Notes: a model not told the origin generated them from the letters alone. A stretch of 64,000 bases of DNA from the human T2T-CHM13v2.0 reference genome, Homo sapiens (GCF_009914755.1 NC_060948.1); one strand, 5' to 3'. Numbered from the stretch's first letter, positions 20,716 through 42,507 are shown. Made by a program: numbers and translations.

Positions 20716-22822
20716 AGATCCATACTTTTTAAATGAAAAAAAATTTCAAAGGTACTCTGCTTGGTACAATAATCAAATGTATAAACTGAGGAATAAAACA
20801 TAACCATGAAACGTACTTATAACTGCATATGGAAAATACAGAGGATAATTTTTTAAATAACATATTTTGAAAGCCTTAACTAGTAATTTGAAGAGTTGGC
20901 ATTTGAAAGGCCAGTATGAATATACCTTCAAAGCAGCAACACAGGTTCCCCATGAGAAAAAGCAAACTCAGGGAAAATAAAAACACAAAGGTTCAATCTC
21001 TTCTGACCTTTGAAAGACACAGCACAGACAGTGGTCCTTAGGACGAAGAGCAGGAGACCCCTAATTCCGTCACCATGGCGATAGGGCATAAACATTGCTG
21101 GGTGAGGGCACAATCCACATTGTGAGGTCCAACTGCTGCCAGGAAGACAGGCGTGCTTTTACATAGACCGAAAGGTCATTGAAGGCTCAGAGTTTTGTTT
21201 CAAGAACTGAATCCCAAGCCCACACGTTATTAGGCTGCGCTTCTTAAAACAAGTTATGAGATGGGAAAAAGGGCACCCACAAACATACGTATACATTATG
21301 TATATAATAATATACAGTGTCATATATATAATATATATAACCTATGTATAATATTGTTTTACATCCTGCATCTTATGTTATATATATTGTATAAAATATA
21401 ATTATTGATAATATATAAGTTTTATAATTATGCTACATGACATATAGTATATATTATAATTTATGACATATATAATATATGTTATATATCATATATAGAA
21501 TATATTATACGGTTAATATACGTATTAAATATAAATTATACATTATATATATTATATATAATATATCTGTTATATATAATACACATTATGCATAATATAT
21601 ATATTATGTCTATGTTATATATAGTATAAAACAACATATAATAATATATAATTGTATATATAAAATGCGACATATAATATATATTATATTTTATAACATA
21701 TGTAATATATATTATATATTATATATAATACGTTGTATGTATAATACCTATATTAAATATATATTATATGACTATGTTATTAATTACATGTCACATGTGT
21801 TATATATTATATATTTTACATAGAATATACCGGTTACATACAATATATACTATGTTACCTATAATGTATAATTTATTACATGTAAAATAAAGAATGCAAT
21901 ATATTATGTATAATTTATAATATACAATATGTGGAATGTGATATATATAACATATAATATATGATATATGATATACAGTATATGATATATAACATACAAT
22001 ATATGATTCCTAATATATATGGTATACAATATATATTTTATGATATGTATTCTATATGTTTTATATTCTGTTATATATAACTATTTGAAATTATATATAA
22101 CTGTATAATATTTTATGTAAATATGTAATGTAATATATATAACTATATAATATATTATATATAACTATATATTATGTTATATATACTTTTATAACATAAT
22201 TTACATAAAATATCATAATATAATATATATTATATTATTTCATATTACATAATATATATTTCATATCACCCAATATAACTAACATACATAATATTATAAT
22301 ATAGATTATATTATGTTATATTAAATATCATATATATCATGTATCATATATTCTATAATATATATTACACATTATATAATATGTATGTTGTCTATTATGT
22401 GATATATATAACTATATATATAATTATATTTTTATACATATAACTAGATAAACATGTAATTCTACATATTTTCATTTATAATATGTAGAATTATATAATC
22501 ATATATAATTATTTATATTGTATAAAAAATTTTATCATTATATAAATTATAATATATAAAAATTATAATATGTACTACAAATATATATATATTATATATC
22601 ATATATGATATAGTACCTTTGTTATATATCATAATACATATAAATGTGTATTATGTTACCTATAATTATATAATTTCATATATAAGATGTATAATATGTA
22701 TCATATATTATATATGTTATGTAATATATATAGTATATGTAAGATGACACAGGATAAATTTTATATACTATGACATATAAAATATATGAGGTTATATGTT
22801 ACATATAAGGCATAGCACATAA

Positions 22823-23137
<315 letters not shown>

Positions 23138-25244
23138 AGATCCATACTTTTTAAATGAAAAAAAATTTCAAAGGTACTCTGCTTGGTACAATAATCAAAT
23201 GTATAAACTGAGGAATAAAACATAACCATGAAACCTACTTATAACTGCATATGGAAAATACAGAGGATAATTTTTTAAATAACATATTTTGAAAGCCTTA
23301 ACTAGTAATTTGAAGAGTTGGCATTTGAAAGGCCAGTATGAATATACCTTCAAAGCAGCAACACAGGTTCCCCATGAGAAAAAGCAAACTCAGGGAAAAT
23401 AAAAACACAAAGGTTCAATCTCTTCTGACCTTTGAAAGACACAGCACAGACAGTGGTCCTTAGGACGAAGAGCAGGAGACCCCTAATTCCGTCACCATGG
23501 CGATAGGGCATAAACATTGCTGGGTGAGGGCACAATCCACATTGTGAGGTCCAACTGCTGCCAGGAAGACAGGCGTGCTTTTACATAGACCGAAAGGTCA
23601 TTGAAGGCTCAGAGTTTTGTTTCAAGAACTGAATCCCAAGCCCACACGTTATTAGGCTGCGCTTCTTAAAACAAGTTATGAGATGGGAAAAAGGGCACCC
23701 ACAAACATACGTATACATTAGGTATATAATAATATACAGTGTCATATATATAATATATATAACCTATGTATAATATTGTTTTACATCCTGCATCTTATGT
23801 TATATATATTGTATAAAATATAATTATTGATAATATATAAGTTTTATAATTATGCTACATGACATATAGTATATATTATAATTTATGACATATATAATAT
23901 ATGTTATATATCATATATAGAATATATTATACGGTTAATATACGTATTAAATATAAATTATACATTATATATATTATATATAATATATCTGTTATATATA
24001 ATACCCATTATGCATAATATATATATTATGTCTATGTTATATATAGTATAAAACAACATATAATAATATATAATTGTATATATAAAATGCGACATATAAT
24101 ATATATTATATTTTATAACATATGTAATATATATTATATATTATATATAATACGTTGTATGTATAATACCTATATTAAATATATATTATATGACTATGTT
24201 ATTAATTACATGTCACATGTGTTATATATTATATATTTTACATAGAATATACCAGTTACATACAATATATACTATGTTACCTATAATGTATAATTTATTA
24301 CATGTAAAATAAAGAATGCAATATATTATGTATAATTTATAATATACAATATGTGGAATGTGATATATATAACATATAATATATGATATATGATATACAG
24401 TATATGATATATAACATACAATATATGATTCCTAATATATATGGTATACAATATATATTTTATGATATGTATTCTATATGTTTTATATTCTGTTATATAT
24501 AACTATTTGAAATTATATATAACTGTATAATATTTTATGTAAATATGTAATGTAATATATATAACTATATAATATATTATATATAACTATATATTATGTT
24601 ATATATACTTTTATAACATAATTTACATAAAATATCATAATATAATATATATTATATTATTTCATATTACATAATATATATTTCATATCACCCAATATAA
24701 CTAACATACATAATATTATAATATAGATTATATTATGTTATATTAAATATCATATATATCATGTATCATATATTCTATAATATATATTACACATTATATA
24801 ATATGTATGTTGTCTATTATGTGATATATATAACTATATATATAATTATATTTTTATACATATAACTAGATAAACATGTAATTCTACATATTTTCATTTA
24901 TAATATGTAGAATTATATAATCATATATAATTATTTATATTGTATAAAAAATTTTATCATTATATAAATTATAATATATAAAAATTATAATATGTACTAC
25001 AAATATATATATATTATATATCATATATGATATAGTATCTTTGTTATATATCATAATACATATAAATGTGTAATATGTTACCTATAATTATATAATTTCA
25101 TATATAAGATGTATAATATGTATCATATATTATATATGTTATGTAATATATATAGTATATATAAGATGACACAGGATAAATATTATATACTATGACATAT
25201 AAAATATATGAGGTTATATGTTACATATAAGGCATAGCACATAA

Positions 25245-25559
<315 letters not shown>

Positions 25560-27664
25560 AGATCCATACTTTTTAAATGAAAAAAAATTTCAAAGGTACT
25601 CTGCTTGGTACAATAATCAAATGTATAAACTGAGGAATAAAACATAACCATGAAACCTACTTATAACTGCATATGGAAAATACAGAGGATAATTTTTTAA
25701 ATAACATATTTTGAAAGCCTTAACTAGTAATTTGAAGAGTTGGCATTTGAAAGGCCAGTATGAATATACCTTCAAAGCAGCAACACAGGTTCCCCATGAG
25801 AAAAAGCAAACTCAGGGAAAATAAAACCACAAAGGTTCAATCTCTTCTGACCTTTGAAAGACACAGCACAGACAGTGGTCCTTAGGACGAAGAGCAGGAG
25901 ACCCCTAATTCCGTCACCATGGCGATAGGGCATAAACATTGCTGGGTGAGGGCACAATCCACATTGTGAGGTCCAACTGCTGCCAGGAAGACAGGAGTGC
26001 TTTTACATAGACCGAAAGGTCATTGAAGGCTCAGAGTTTTGTTTCAAGAACTGAATCCCAAGCCCACACGTTATTAGGCTGCGCTTCTTAAAACAAGTTA
26101 TGAGATGGGAAAAAGGGCACCCACAAACATACGTATACATTAGGTATATAATAATATACAGTGTCATATATATAATATATATAACCTATGTATAATATTG
26201 TTTTACATCCTGCATCTTATGTTATATATATTGTATAAAATATAATTATTGATAATATATAAGTTTTATAATTATACTATATGACATATAGTATATATTA
26301 TAATTTATGACATATATAATATATGTTATATATCATATATAGAATATATTATACGGTTAATATACGTATTAAATATAAATTATACATTATATATATTATA
26401 TATAATATATCTGTTATATATAATACCCATTATGCATAATATATATATTATGTCTATGTTATATATAGTATAAAACAACATATAATAATATATAATTGTA
26501 TATATAAAATGCGACATATAATATATATTATATTTTATAACATATGTAATATATATTATATATTATATATAATACGTTGTATGTATAATACCTATATTAA
26601 ATATATATTATATGACTATGTTATTAATTACATGTCACATGTGTTATATATTATATATTTTACATAGAATATACTGGTTACATACAATATATACTATGTT
26701 ACCTATAATGTATAATTTATTACATGTAAAATAAAGAATGCAATATATTATGTAAAATTTATAACATACAATATGTGGAATGTGATATATATAACATATA
26801 ATATATGATATATGATATACAATATATGATATATAACATACAATATATGATTCCTAATACATATGGTATACAATATATATTTTATGATATGTATTCTCTA
26901 TGTTTTATATTCTGTTATATATAACTATTTGAAATTATATATAACTGTATAATATTTTATTTAAATATGTAATATAATATATATAACTATATAATATATT
27001 ATATATAACTATATATTATGTTATATATACTTTTATAACATAATTTACATAAAATATCATAATATAATATATATTATATTATTTCATATTACATAATATA
27101 TATTACATATCACCCAATATAACTAACATACATAATATTATAATATAGATTATATTGTGTTATATTAAATATCATATATATCATGTATCATATATTCTAT
27201 AATATATATTACACATTATATAATATGTATGTTGTCTATTATGTGATATATATAACTATATATATAATTATATTTTTATACATATAACTAGATAAACATG
27301 TAATTCTACATATTTTCATTTATAATATGTAGAATTATATAATCATATATAATTATTTATATTCTATAAAAAATTTTATCATTATATAAATTATAATATA
27401 TAAAAATTATAATATGTACTACAAATATATATATTATATATCATATATGATATAGTACCTTTGTTATATATCATAATACATATAAATGTGTATTATGTTA
27501 TCTATAATTATATAATTTCATATATAAGATGTATAATATGTATCATATATTATATATGTTATGTAATATATATAGTATATATAAGATGACACAGGATAAA
27601 TATTATATACTATGACATATAAAATATATGAGGTTATATGTTACATATAAGGCATAGCACATAA

Positions 27665-27979
<315 letters not shown>

Positions 27980-30086
27980 AGATCCATATTTTTTAAATGA
28001 AAAAAAATTTCAAAGGTACTCTGCTTGGTACAATAATCAAATGTATAAACTGAGGAATAAAACATAACCATGAAACCTACTTATAACTGCATATGGAAAA
28101 TACAGAGGATAATTTTTTAAATAACGTATTATGAAAGCCTTAACTAGTAATTTGAAGAGTTGGCATTTGAAAGGCCAGTATGAATATACCTTCAAAGCAG
28201 CAACACAGGTTCCCCATGAGAAAAAGCAAACACAGGGAAAATAAAAACACAAAGGTTCAATCTCTTCTGACCTTTGAAAGACACAGCACAGACAGTGGTC
28301 CTTAGGACGAAGAGCAGGAGACCCCTAATTCCATCACCATGGCGATAGGGCATAAACATTGCTGGGTGAGGGCACAATCCACATTGTGAGGTCCAACTGC
28401 TGCCAGGAAGACAGGAGTGCTTTTACATAGACCGAAAGGTCATTGAAGGCTCAGAGTTTTGTTTCAAGAACTGAATCCCAAGCCCACACGTTATTAGGCT
28501 GCGCTTCTTAAAACAAGTTATGAGATGGGAAAAAGGGCACCCACAAACATACGTATACATTATGTATATAATAATATACAGTATCATATATATAATATAT
28601 ATAACCTATGTATAATATTGTTTTACATCCTGCATCTTATGTTATATATATTGTATAAAATATAATTATTGATAATATATAAGTTTTATAATTATTCTAC
28701 ATGACATATAGTATATATTATAATTTATGACATATATAATATATGTTATATATCATATATAGAATATATTATACGGTTAATATACGTATTAAATATAAAT
28801 TATACATTATATATATTATATATAATATATCTGTTATATATAATACCCATTATGCATAGTATATATATTATGTCTATGTTATATATAGTATAAAACAACA
28901 TATAATAATATATAATTGTATATATAAAATGCGACATATAATATATATTATATTTTATGACATATGTAATATATATTATATATTATATATAATACGTTGT
29001 ATGTATAATACCTATATTAAATATATATTATATGACTATGTTATTAATTACATGTCACATGTGTTATATATTATATATTTTACATAGAATATACCGGTTA
29101 CATACAATATATACTATGTTACCTATAATGTATAATTTATTACATGTAAAATAAAGAATGCAATATATTATGTAAAATTTATAACATACAATATGTGGAA
29201 TGTGATATATATAACATATAATATATGATATATGATATACAATATATGATATATAACATACAATATATGATTCCTAATATATATGGTATACAATATATAT
29301 TTTATGATATGAATTCTCTATGTTTTATATTCTCTTATATATAACTATTTGAAATTATATATAACTGTATAATATTTTATGTAAATATGTAATATAATAT
29401 ATATAACTATATAATATATTATATATAACTATATATTATGTTATATATACTTTTATAACATAATTTACATAAAATATCATAATATAATATATATTATATT
29501 ATTTCATATTACATAATATATATTACATATCACCCAATATAACTAACATACATAATATTATAATATAGATTATATTGTGTTATATTAAATATCATATATA
29601 TCATGTATCATATATTCTATAATATATATTACACATTATATAATATGTATGTTGTCTATTATGTGATATATATAACTATATATATAATTATATTTTTATA
29701 CATATAACTAGATAAACATGTAATTCTACATATTTTCATTTATAATATGTAGAATTATATAATCATATATAATTATTTATATTCTATAAAAAATTTTATC
29801 ATTATATAAATTATAATATATAAAAATTATAATATGTACTACAAATATATATATATTATATATCATATATGATATAGTACCTTTGTTATGTATCATAATA
29901 CATATAAATGTGTATTATGTTATCTATAATTATATAATTTCATATATAAGATGTATAATATGTATCATATATTATATATGTTATGTAATATATATAGTAT
30001 ATATAAGATGACACAGGATAAATATTATATACTATGACATATAAAATATATGAGGTTATATGTTACATATAAGGCATAGCACATAA

Positions 30087-30401
<315 letters not shown>

Positions 30402-32508
30402 AGATCCATACTTTTTAAATGAAAAAAAATTTCAAAGGTACCCTGCTTGGTACAATAATCAAATGTATAAACTGAGGAATAAAACATAACCATGAAACCT
30501 ACTTATAACTGCATATGGAAAATACAGAGGATAATTTTTTAAATAACATATTTTGAAAGCCTTAACTAGTAATTTGAAGAGTTGGCATTTGAAAGGCCAG
30601 TATGAATATACCTTCAAAGCAGCAACACAGGTTCCCCATGAGAAAAAGCAAACTCAGGGAAAATAAAAACACAAAGGTTCAATCTCTTCTGACCTTTGAA
30701 AGACACAGCACAGACAGTGGTCCTTAGGACGAAGAGCAGGAGACCCCTAATTCCGTCACCATGGCGATAGGGCATAAACATTGCTGGGTGAGGGCACAAT
30801 CCACATTGTGAGGTCCAACTGCTGCCAGGAAGACAGGCGTGCTTTTACATAGACCGAAAGGTCATTGAAGGCTCAGAGTTTTGTTTCAAGAACTGAATCC
30901 CAAGCCCACACGTTATTAGGCTGCGCTTCTTAAAACAAGTTATGAGATGGGAAAAAGGGCACCCACAAACATACGTATACATTAGGTATATAATAATATA
31001 CAGTGTCATATATATAATATATATAACCTATGTATAATATTGTTTTACATCCTGCATCTTATGTTATATATATTGTATAAAATATAATTATTGATAATAT
31101 ATAAGTTTTATAATTATGCTACATGGCATATAGTATATATTATAATTTATGACATATATAATATATGTTATATATCATATATAGAATATATTATACGGTT
31201 AATATACGTATTAAATATAAATTATACATTATATATATTATATATAATATATCTGTTATATATAATACCCATTATGCATAATATATATATTATGTCTATG
31301 TTATATATAGTATAAAACAACATATAATAATATATAATTGTATATATAAAATGCGACATATAATATATATTATATTTTATAACATATGTAATATATATTA
31401 TATATTATATATAATACGTTGTATGTATAATACCTATATTAAATATATATTATATGACTATGTTATTAATTACATGTCACATGTGTTATATATTATATAT
31501 TTTTCATAGAATATACCAGTTACATACAATATATACTATGTTACCTATAATGTATAATTTATTACATGTAAAATAAAGAATGCAATATATTATGTATAAT
31601 TTATAATATACAATATGTGGAATGTGATATATATAACATATAATATATGATATATGATATACAGTATATGATATATAACATACAATATATGATTCCTAAT
31701 ATATATGGTATACAATATATATTTTATGATATGTATTCTATATGTTTTATATTCTGTTATATAAAACTATTTGAAATTATATATAACTGTATAATATTTT
31801 ATGTAAATATGTAATGTAATATATATAACTATATAATATATTATATATAACTATATATTATGTTATATATACTTTTATAACATAATTTACATAAAATATC
31901 ATAATATAATATATATTATATTATTTCATATTACATAATATATATTTCATATCACCCAATATAACTAACATACATAATATTATAATATAGATTATATTAT
32001 GTTATATTAAATATCATATATATCATGTATCATATATTCTATAATATATATTACACATTATATAATATGTATGTTGTCTATTATGTGATATATATAACTA
32101 TATATATAATTATATTTTTATACATATAACTAGATAAACATGTAATTCTACATATTTTCATTTATAACATGTAGAATTATATAATCATATATAATTATTT
32201 ATATTGTATAAAAAATTTTATCATTATATAAATTATAATATATAAAAATTATAATATGTACTACAAATATATATATATTATATATCATATATGATATAGT
32301 ACCTTTGTTATATATCATAATACATATAAATGTGTATTATGTTACCTATAATTATATAATTTCATATATAAGATGTATAATATGTATCATATATTATATA
32401 TGTTATGTAATATATATAGTATATATAAGATGACACAGGATAAATATTATATACTATGACATATAAAATATATGAGGTTATATGTTACATATAAGGCATA
32501 GCACATAA

Positions 32509-32823
<315 letters not shown>

Positions 32824-34930
32824 AGATCCATACTTTTTAAATGAAAAAAAATTTCAAAGGTACTCTGCTTGGTACAATAATCAAATGTATAAACTGAGGA
32901 ATAAAACATAACCATGAAACCTACTTATAACTGCATATGGAAAATACAGAGGATAATTTTTTAAATAACATATTTTGAAAGCCTTAACTAGTAATTTGAA
33001 GAGTTGGCATTTGAAAGGCCAGTATGAATATACCTTCAAAGCAGCAACACAGGTTCCCCATGAGAAAAAGCAAACTCAGGGAAAATAAAAACACAAAGGT
33101 TCAATCTCTTCTGACCTTTGAAAGACACAGCACAGACAGTGGTCCTTAGGACGAAGAGCAGGAGACCCCTAATTCCGTCACCATGGCGATAGGGCATAAA
33201 CATTGCTGGGTGAGGGCACAATCCACATTGTGAGGTCCAACTGCTGCCAGGAAGACAGGCGTGCTTTTACATAGACCGAAAGGTCATTGAAGGCTCAGAG
33301 TTTTGTTTCAAGAACTGAATCCCAAGCCCACACGTTATTAGGCTGCGCTTCTTAAAACAAGTTATGAGATGGGAAAAAGGGCACCCACAAACATACGTAT
33401 ACATTAGGTATATAATAATATACAGTGTCATATATATAATATATATAACCTATGTATAATATTGTTTTACATCCTGCATCTTATGTTATATATATTGTAT
33501 AAAATATAATTATTGATAATATATAAGTTTTATAATTATGCTACATGACATATAGTATATATTATAATTTATGACATATATAATATATGTTATATATCAT
33601 ATATAGAATATATTATACGGTTAATATACGTATTAAATATAAATTATACATTATATATATTATATATAATATATCTGTTATATATAATACCCATTATGCA
33701 TAATATATATATTATGTCTATGTTATATATAGTATAAAACAACATATAATAATATATAATTGTATATATAAAATGCGACATATAATATATATTATATTTT
33801 ATAACATATGTAATATATATTATATATTATATATAATACGTTGTATGTATAATACCTATATTAAATATATATTATATGACTATGTTATTAATTACATGTC
33901 ACATGTGTTATATATTATATATTTTACATAGAATATACCAGTTACATACAATATATACTATGTTACCTATAATGTATAATTTATTACATGTAAAATAAAG
34001 AATGCAATATATTATGTATAATTTATAATATACAATATGTGGAATGTGATATATATAACATATAATATATGATATATGATATACAGTATATGATATATAA
34101 CATACAATATATGATTCCTAATATATATGGTATACAATATATATTTTATGATATGTATTCTATATGTTTTATATTCTGTTATATATAACTATTTGAAATT
34201 ATATATAACTGTATAATATTTTATGTAAATATGTAATGTAATATATATAACTATATAATATATTATATATAACTATATATTATGTTATATATACTTTTAT
34301 AACATAATTTACATAAAATATCATAATATAATATATATTATATTATTTCATATTACATAATATATATTTCATATCACCCAATATAACTAACATACATAAT
34401 ATTATAATATAGATTATATTATGTTATATTAAATATCATATATATCATGTATCATATATTCTATAATATATATTACACATTATATAATATGTATGTTGTC
34501 TATTATGTGATATATATAACTATATATATAATTATATTTTTATACATATAACTAGATAAACATGTAATTCTACATATTTTCATTTATAATATGTAGAATT
34601 ATATAATCATATATAATTATTTATATTGTATAAAAAATTTTATCATTATATAAATTATAATATATAAAAATTATAATATGTACTACAAATATATATATAT
34701 TATATATCATATATGATATAGTATCTTTGTTATATATCATAATACATATAAATGTGTAATATGTTACCTATAATTATATAATTTCATATATAAGATGTAT
34801 AATATGTATCATATATTATATATGTTATGTAATATATATAGTATATATAAGATGACACAGGATAAATATTATATACTATGACATATAAAATATATGAGGT
34901 TATATGTTACATATAAGGCATAGCACATAA

Positions 34931-35245
<315 letters not shown>

Positions 35246-37350
35246 AGATCCATACTTTTTAAATGAAAAAAAATTTCAAAGGTACTCTGCTTGGTACAAT
35301 AATCAAATGTATAAACTGAGGAATAAAACATAACCATGAAACCTACTTATAACTGCATATGGAAAATACAGAGGATAATTTTTTAAATAACATATTTTGA
35401 AAGCCTTAACTAGTAATTTGAAGAGTTGGCATTTGAAAGGCCAGTATGAATATACCTTCAAAGCAGCAACACAGGTTCCCCATGAGAAAAAGCAAACTCA
35501 GGGAAAATAAAACCACAAAGGTTCAATCTCTTCTGACCTTTGAAAGACACAGCACAGACAGTGGTCCTTAGGACGAAGAGCAGGAGACCCCTAATTCCGT
35601 CACCATGGCGATAGGGCATAAACATTGCTGGGTGAGGGCACAATCCACATTGTGAGGTCCAACTGCTGCCAGGAAGACAGGAGTGCTTTTACATAGACCG
35701 AAAGGTCATTGAAGGCTCAGAGTTTTGTTTCAAGAACTGAATCCCAAGCCCACACGTTATTAGGCTGCGCTTCTTAAAACAAGTTATGAGATGGGAAAAA
35801 GGGCACCCACAAACATACGTATACATTAGGTATATAATAATATACAGTGTCATATATATAATATATATAACCTATGTATAATATTGTTTTACATCCTGCA
35901 TCTTATGTTATATATATTGTATAAAATATAATTATTGATAATATATAAGTTTTATAATTATACTATATGACATATAGTATATATTATAATTTATGACATA
36001 TATAATATATGTTATATATCATATATAGAATATATTATACGGTTAATATACGTATTAAATATAAATTATACATTATATATATTATATATAATATATCTGT
36101 TATATATAATACCCATTATGCATAATATATATATTATGTCTATGTTATATATAGTATAAAACAACATATAATAATATATAATTGTATATATAAAATGCGA
36201 CATATAATATATATTATATTTTATAACATATGTAATATATATTATATATTATATATAATACGTTGTATGTATAATACCTATATTAAATATATATTATATG
36301 ACTATGTTATTAATTACATGTCACATGTGTTATATATTATATATTTTACATAGAATATACCGGTTACATACAATATATACTATGTTACCTATAATGTATA
36401 ATTTATTACATGTAAAATAAAGAATGCAATATATTATGTAAAATTTATAACATACAATATGTGGAATGTGATATATATAACATATAATATATGATATATG
36501 ATATACAATATATGATATATAACATACAATATATGATTCCTAATACATATGGTATACAATATATATTTTATGATATGTATTCTCTATGTTTTATATTCTG
36601 TTATATATAACTATTTGAAATTATATATAACTGTATAATATTTTATTTAAATATGTAATATAATATATATAACTATATAATATATTATATATAACTATAT
36701 ATTATGTTATATATACTTTTATAACATAATTTACATAAAATATCATAATATAATATATATTATATTATTTCATATTACATAATATATATTACATATCACC
36801 CAATATAACTAACATACATAATATTATAATATAGATTATATTGTGTTATATTAAATATCATATATATCATGTATCATATATTCTATAATATATATTACAC
36901 ATTATATAATATGTATGTTGTCTATTATGTGATATATATAACTATATATATAATTATATTTTTATACATATAACTAGATAAACATGTAATTCTACATATT
37001 TTCATTTATAATATGTAGAATTATATAATCATATATAATTATTTATATTCTATAAAAAATTTTATCATTATATAAATTATAATATATAAAAATTATAATA
37101 TGTACTACAAATATATATATTATATATCATATATGATATAGTACCTTTGTTATATATCATAATACATATAAATGTGTATTATGTTATCTATAATTATATA
37201 ATTTCATATATAAGATGTATAATATGTATCATATATTATATATGTTATGTAATATATATAGTATATATAAGATGACACAGGATAAATATTATATACTATG
37301 ACATATAAAATATATGAGGTTATATGTTACATATAAGGCATAGCACATAA

Positions 37351-37665
<315 letters not shown>

Positions 37666-39772
37666 AGATCCATACTTTTTAAATGAAAAAAAATTTCAAA
37701 GGTACTCTGCTTGGTACAATAATCAAATGTATAAACTGAGGAATAAAACATAACCATGAAACCTACTTATAACTGCATATGGAAAATACAGAGGATAATT
37801 TTTTAAATAACATATTTTGAAAGCCTTAACTAGTAATTTGAAGAGTTGGCATTTGAAAGGCCAGTATGAATATACCTTCAAAGCAGCAACACAGGTTCCC
37901 CATGAGAAAAAGCAAACTCAGGGAAAATAAAAACACAAAGGTTCAATCTCTTCTGACCTTTGAAAGACACAGCACAGACAGTGGTCCTTAGGACGAAGAG
38001 CAGGAGACCCCTAATTCCGTCACCATGGCGATAGGGCATAAACATTGCTGGGTGAGGGCACAATCCACATTGTGAGGTCCAACTGCTGCCAGGAAGACAG
38101 GCGTGCTTTTACATAGACCGAAAGGTCATTGAAGGCTCAGAGTTTTGTTTCAAGAACTGAATCCCAAGCCCACACGTTATTAGGCTGCGCTTCTTAAAAC
38201 AAGTTATGAGATGGGAAAAAGGGCACCCACAAACATACGTATACATTAGGTATATAATAATATACAGTGTCATATATATAATATATATAACCTATGTATA
38301 ATATTGTTTTACATCCTGCATCTTATGTTATATATATTGTATAAAATATAATTATTGATAATATATAAGTTTTATAATTATGCTACATGACATATAGTAT
38401 ATATTATAATTTATGACATATATAATATATGTTATATATCATATATAGAATATATTATACGGTTAATATACGTATTAAATATAAATTATACATTATATAT
38501 ATTATATATAATATATCTGTTATATATAATACCCATTATGCATAATATATATATTATGTCTATGTTATATATAGTATAAAACAACATATAATAATATATA
38601 ATTGTATATATAAAATGCGACATATAATATATATTATATTTTATAACATATGTAATATATATTATATATTATATATAATACGTTGTATGTATAATACCTA
38701 TATTAAATATATATTATATGACTATGTTATTAATTACATGTCACATGTGTTATATATTATATATTTTACATAGAATATACCAGTTACATACAATATATAC
38801 TATGTTACCTATAATGTATAATTTATTACATGTAAAATAAAGAATGCAATATATTATGTATAATTTATAATATACAATATGTGGAATGTGATATATATAA
38901 CATATAATATATGATATATGATATACAGTATATGATATATAACATACAATATATGATTCCTAATATATATGGTATACAATATATATTTTATGATATGTAT
39001 TCTATATGTTTTATATTCTGTTATATATAACTATTTGAAATTATATATAACTGTATAATATTTTATGTAAATATGTAATGTAATATATATAACTATATAA
39101 TATATTATATATAACTATATATTATGTTATATATACTTTTATAACATAATTTACATAAAATATCATAATATAATATATATTATATTATTTCATATTACAT
39201 AATATATATTTCATATCACCCAATATAACTAACATACATAATATTATAATATAGATTATATTATGTTATATTAAATATCATATATATCATGTATCATATA
39301 TTCTATAATATATATTACACATTATATAATATGTATGTTGTCTATTATGTGATATATATAACTATATATATAATTATATTTTTATACATATAACTAGATA
39401 AACATGTAATTCTACATATTTTCATTTATAATATGTAGAATTATATAATCATATATAATTATTTATATTCTATAAAAAATTTTATCATTATATAAATTAT
39501 AATATATAAAAATTATAATATGTACTACAAATATATATATATTATATATCATATATGATATAGTATCTTTGTTATATATCATAATACATATAAATGTGTA
39601 ATATGTTACCTATAATTATATAATTTCATATATAAGATGTATAATATGTATCATATATTATATATGTTATGTAATATATATAGTATATATAAGATGACAC
39701 AGGATAAATATTATATACTATGACATATAAAATATATGAGGTTATATGTTACATATAAGGCATAGCACATAA

Positions 39773-40087
<315 letters not shown>

Positions 40088-42192
40088 AGATCCATACTTT
40101 TTAAATGAAAAAAAATTTCAAAGGTACTCTGCTTGGTACAATAATCAAATGTATAAACTGAGGAATAAAACATAACCATGAAACCTACTTATAACTGCAT
40201 ATGGAAAATACAGAGGATAATTTTTTAAATAACATATTTTGAAAGCCTTAACTAGTAATTTGAAGAGTTGGCATTTGAAAGGCCAGTATGAATATACCTT
40301 CAAAGCAGCAACACAGGTTCCCCATGAGAAAAAGCAAACTCAGGGAAAATAAAACCACAAAGGTTCAATCTCTTCTGACCTTTGAAAGACACAGCACAGA
40401 CAGTGGTCCTTAGGACGAAGAGCAGGAGACCCCTAATTCCGTCACCATGGCGATAGGGCATAAACATTGCTGGGTGAGGGCACAATCCACATTGTGAGGT
40501 CCAACTGCTGCCAGGAAGACAGGAGTGCTTTTACATAGACCGAAAGGTCATTGAAGGCTCAGAGTTTTGTTTCAAGAACTGAATCCCAAGCCCACACGTT
40601 ATTAGGCTGCGCTTCTTAAAACAAGTTATGAGATGGGAAAAAGGGCACCCACAAACATACGTATACATTAGGTATATAATAATATACAGTGTCATATATA
40701 TAATATATATAACCTATGTATAATATTGTTTTACATCCTGCATCTTATGTTATATATATTGTATAAAATATAATTATTGATAATATATAAGTTTTATAAT
40801 TATACTATATGACATATAGTATATATTATAATTTATGACATATATAATATATGTTATATATCATATATAGAATATATTATACGGTTAATATACGTATTAA
40901 ATATAAATTATACATTATATATATTATATATAATATATCTGTTATATATAATACCCATTATGCATAATATATATATTATGTCTATGTTATATATAGTATA
41001 AAACAACATATAATAATATATAATTGTATATATAAAATGCGACATATAATATATATTATATTTTATAACATATGTAATATATATTATATATTATATATAA
41101 TACGTTGTATGTATAATACCTATATTAAATATATATTATATGACTATGTTATTAATTACATGTCACATGTGTTATATATTATATATTTTACATAGAATAT
41201 ACTGGTTACATACAATATATACTATGTTACCTATAATGTATAATTTATTACATGTAAAATAAAGAATGCAATATATTATGTAAAATTTATAACATACAAT
41301 ATGTGGAATGTGATATATATAACATATAATATATGATATATGATATACAATATATGATATATAACATACAATATATGATTCCTAATACATATGGTATACA
41401 ATATATATTTTATGATATGTATTCTCTATGTTTTATATTCTGTTATATATAACTATTTGAAATTATATATAACTGTATAATATTTTATTTAAATATGTAA
41501 TATAATATATATAACTATATAATATATTATATATAACTATATATTATGTTATATATACTTTTATAACATAATTTACATAAAATATCATAATATAATATAT
41601 ATTATATTATTTCATATTACATAATATATATTACATATCACCCAATATAACTAACATACATAATATTATAATATAGATTATATTGTGTTATATTAAATAT
41701 CATATATATCATGTATCATATATTCTATAATATATATTACACATTATATAATATGTATGTTGTCTATTATGTGATATATATAACTATATATATAATTATA
41801 TTTTTATACATATAACTAGATAAACATGTAATTCTACATATTTTCATTTATAATATGTAGAATTATATAATCATATATAATTATTTATATTCTATAAAAA
41901 ATTTTATCATTATATAAATTATAATATATAAAAATTATAATATGTACTACAAATATATATATTATATATCATATATGATATAGTACCTTTGTTATATATC
42001 ATAATACATATAAATGTGTATTATGTTATCTATAATTATATAATTTCATATATAAGATGTATAATATGTATCATATATTATATATGTTATGTAATATATA
42101 TAGTATATATAAGATGACACAGGATAAATATTATATACTATGACATATAAAATATATGAGGTTATATGTTACATATAAGGCATAGCACATAA

Positions 42193-42507
<315 letters not shown>

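Noticed and set aside
31091-31315. 74-aa Ile/Tyr-rich ORF (also 45619-45843; similar case at 55141-55332)
   Set aside because: Translation of (TA)n-like DNA opened by a single variant. Useful only as a marker of the 14528 bp duplication.
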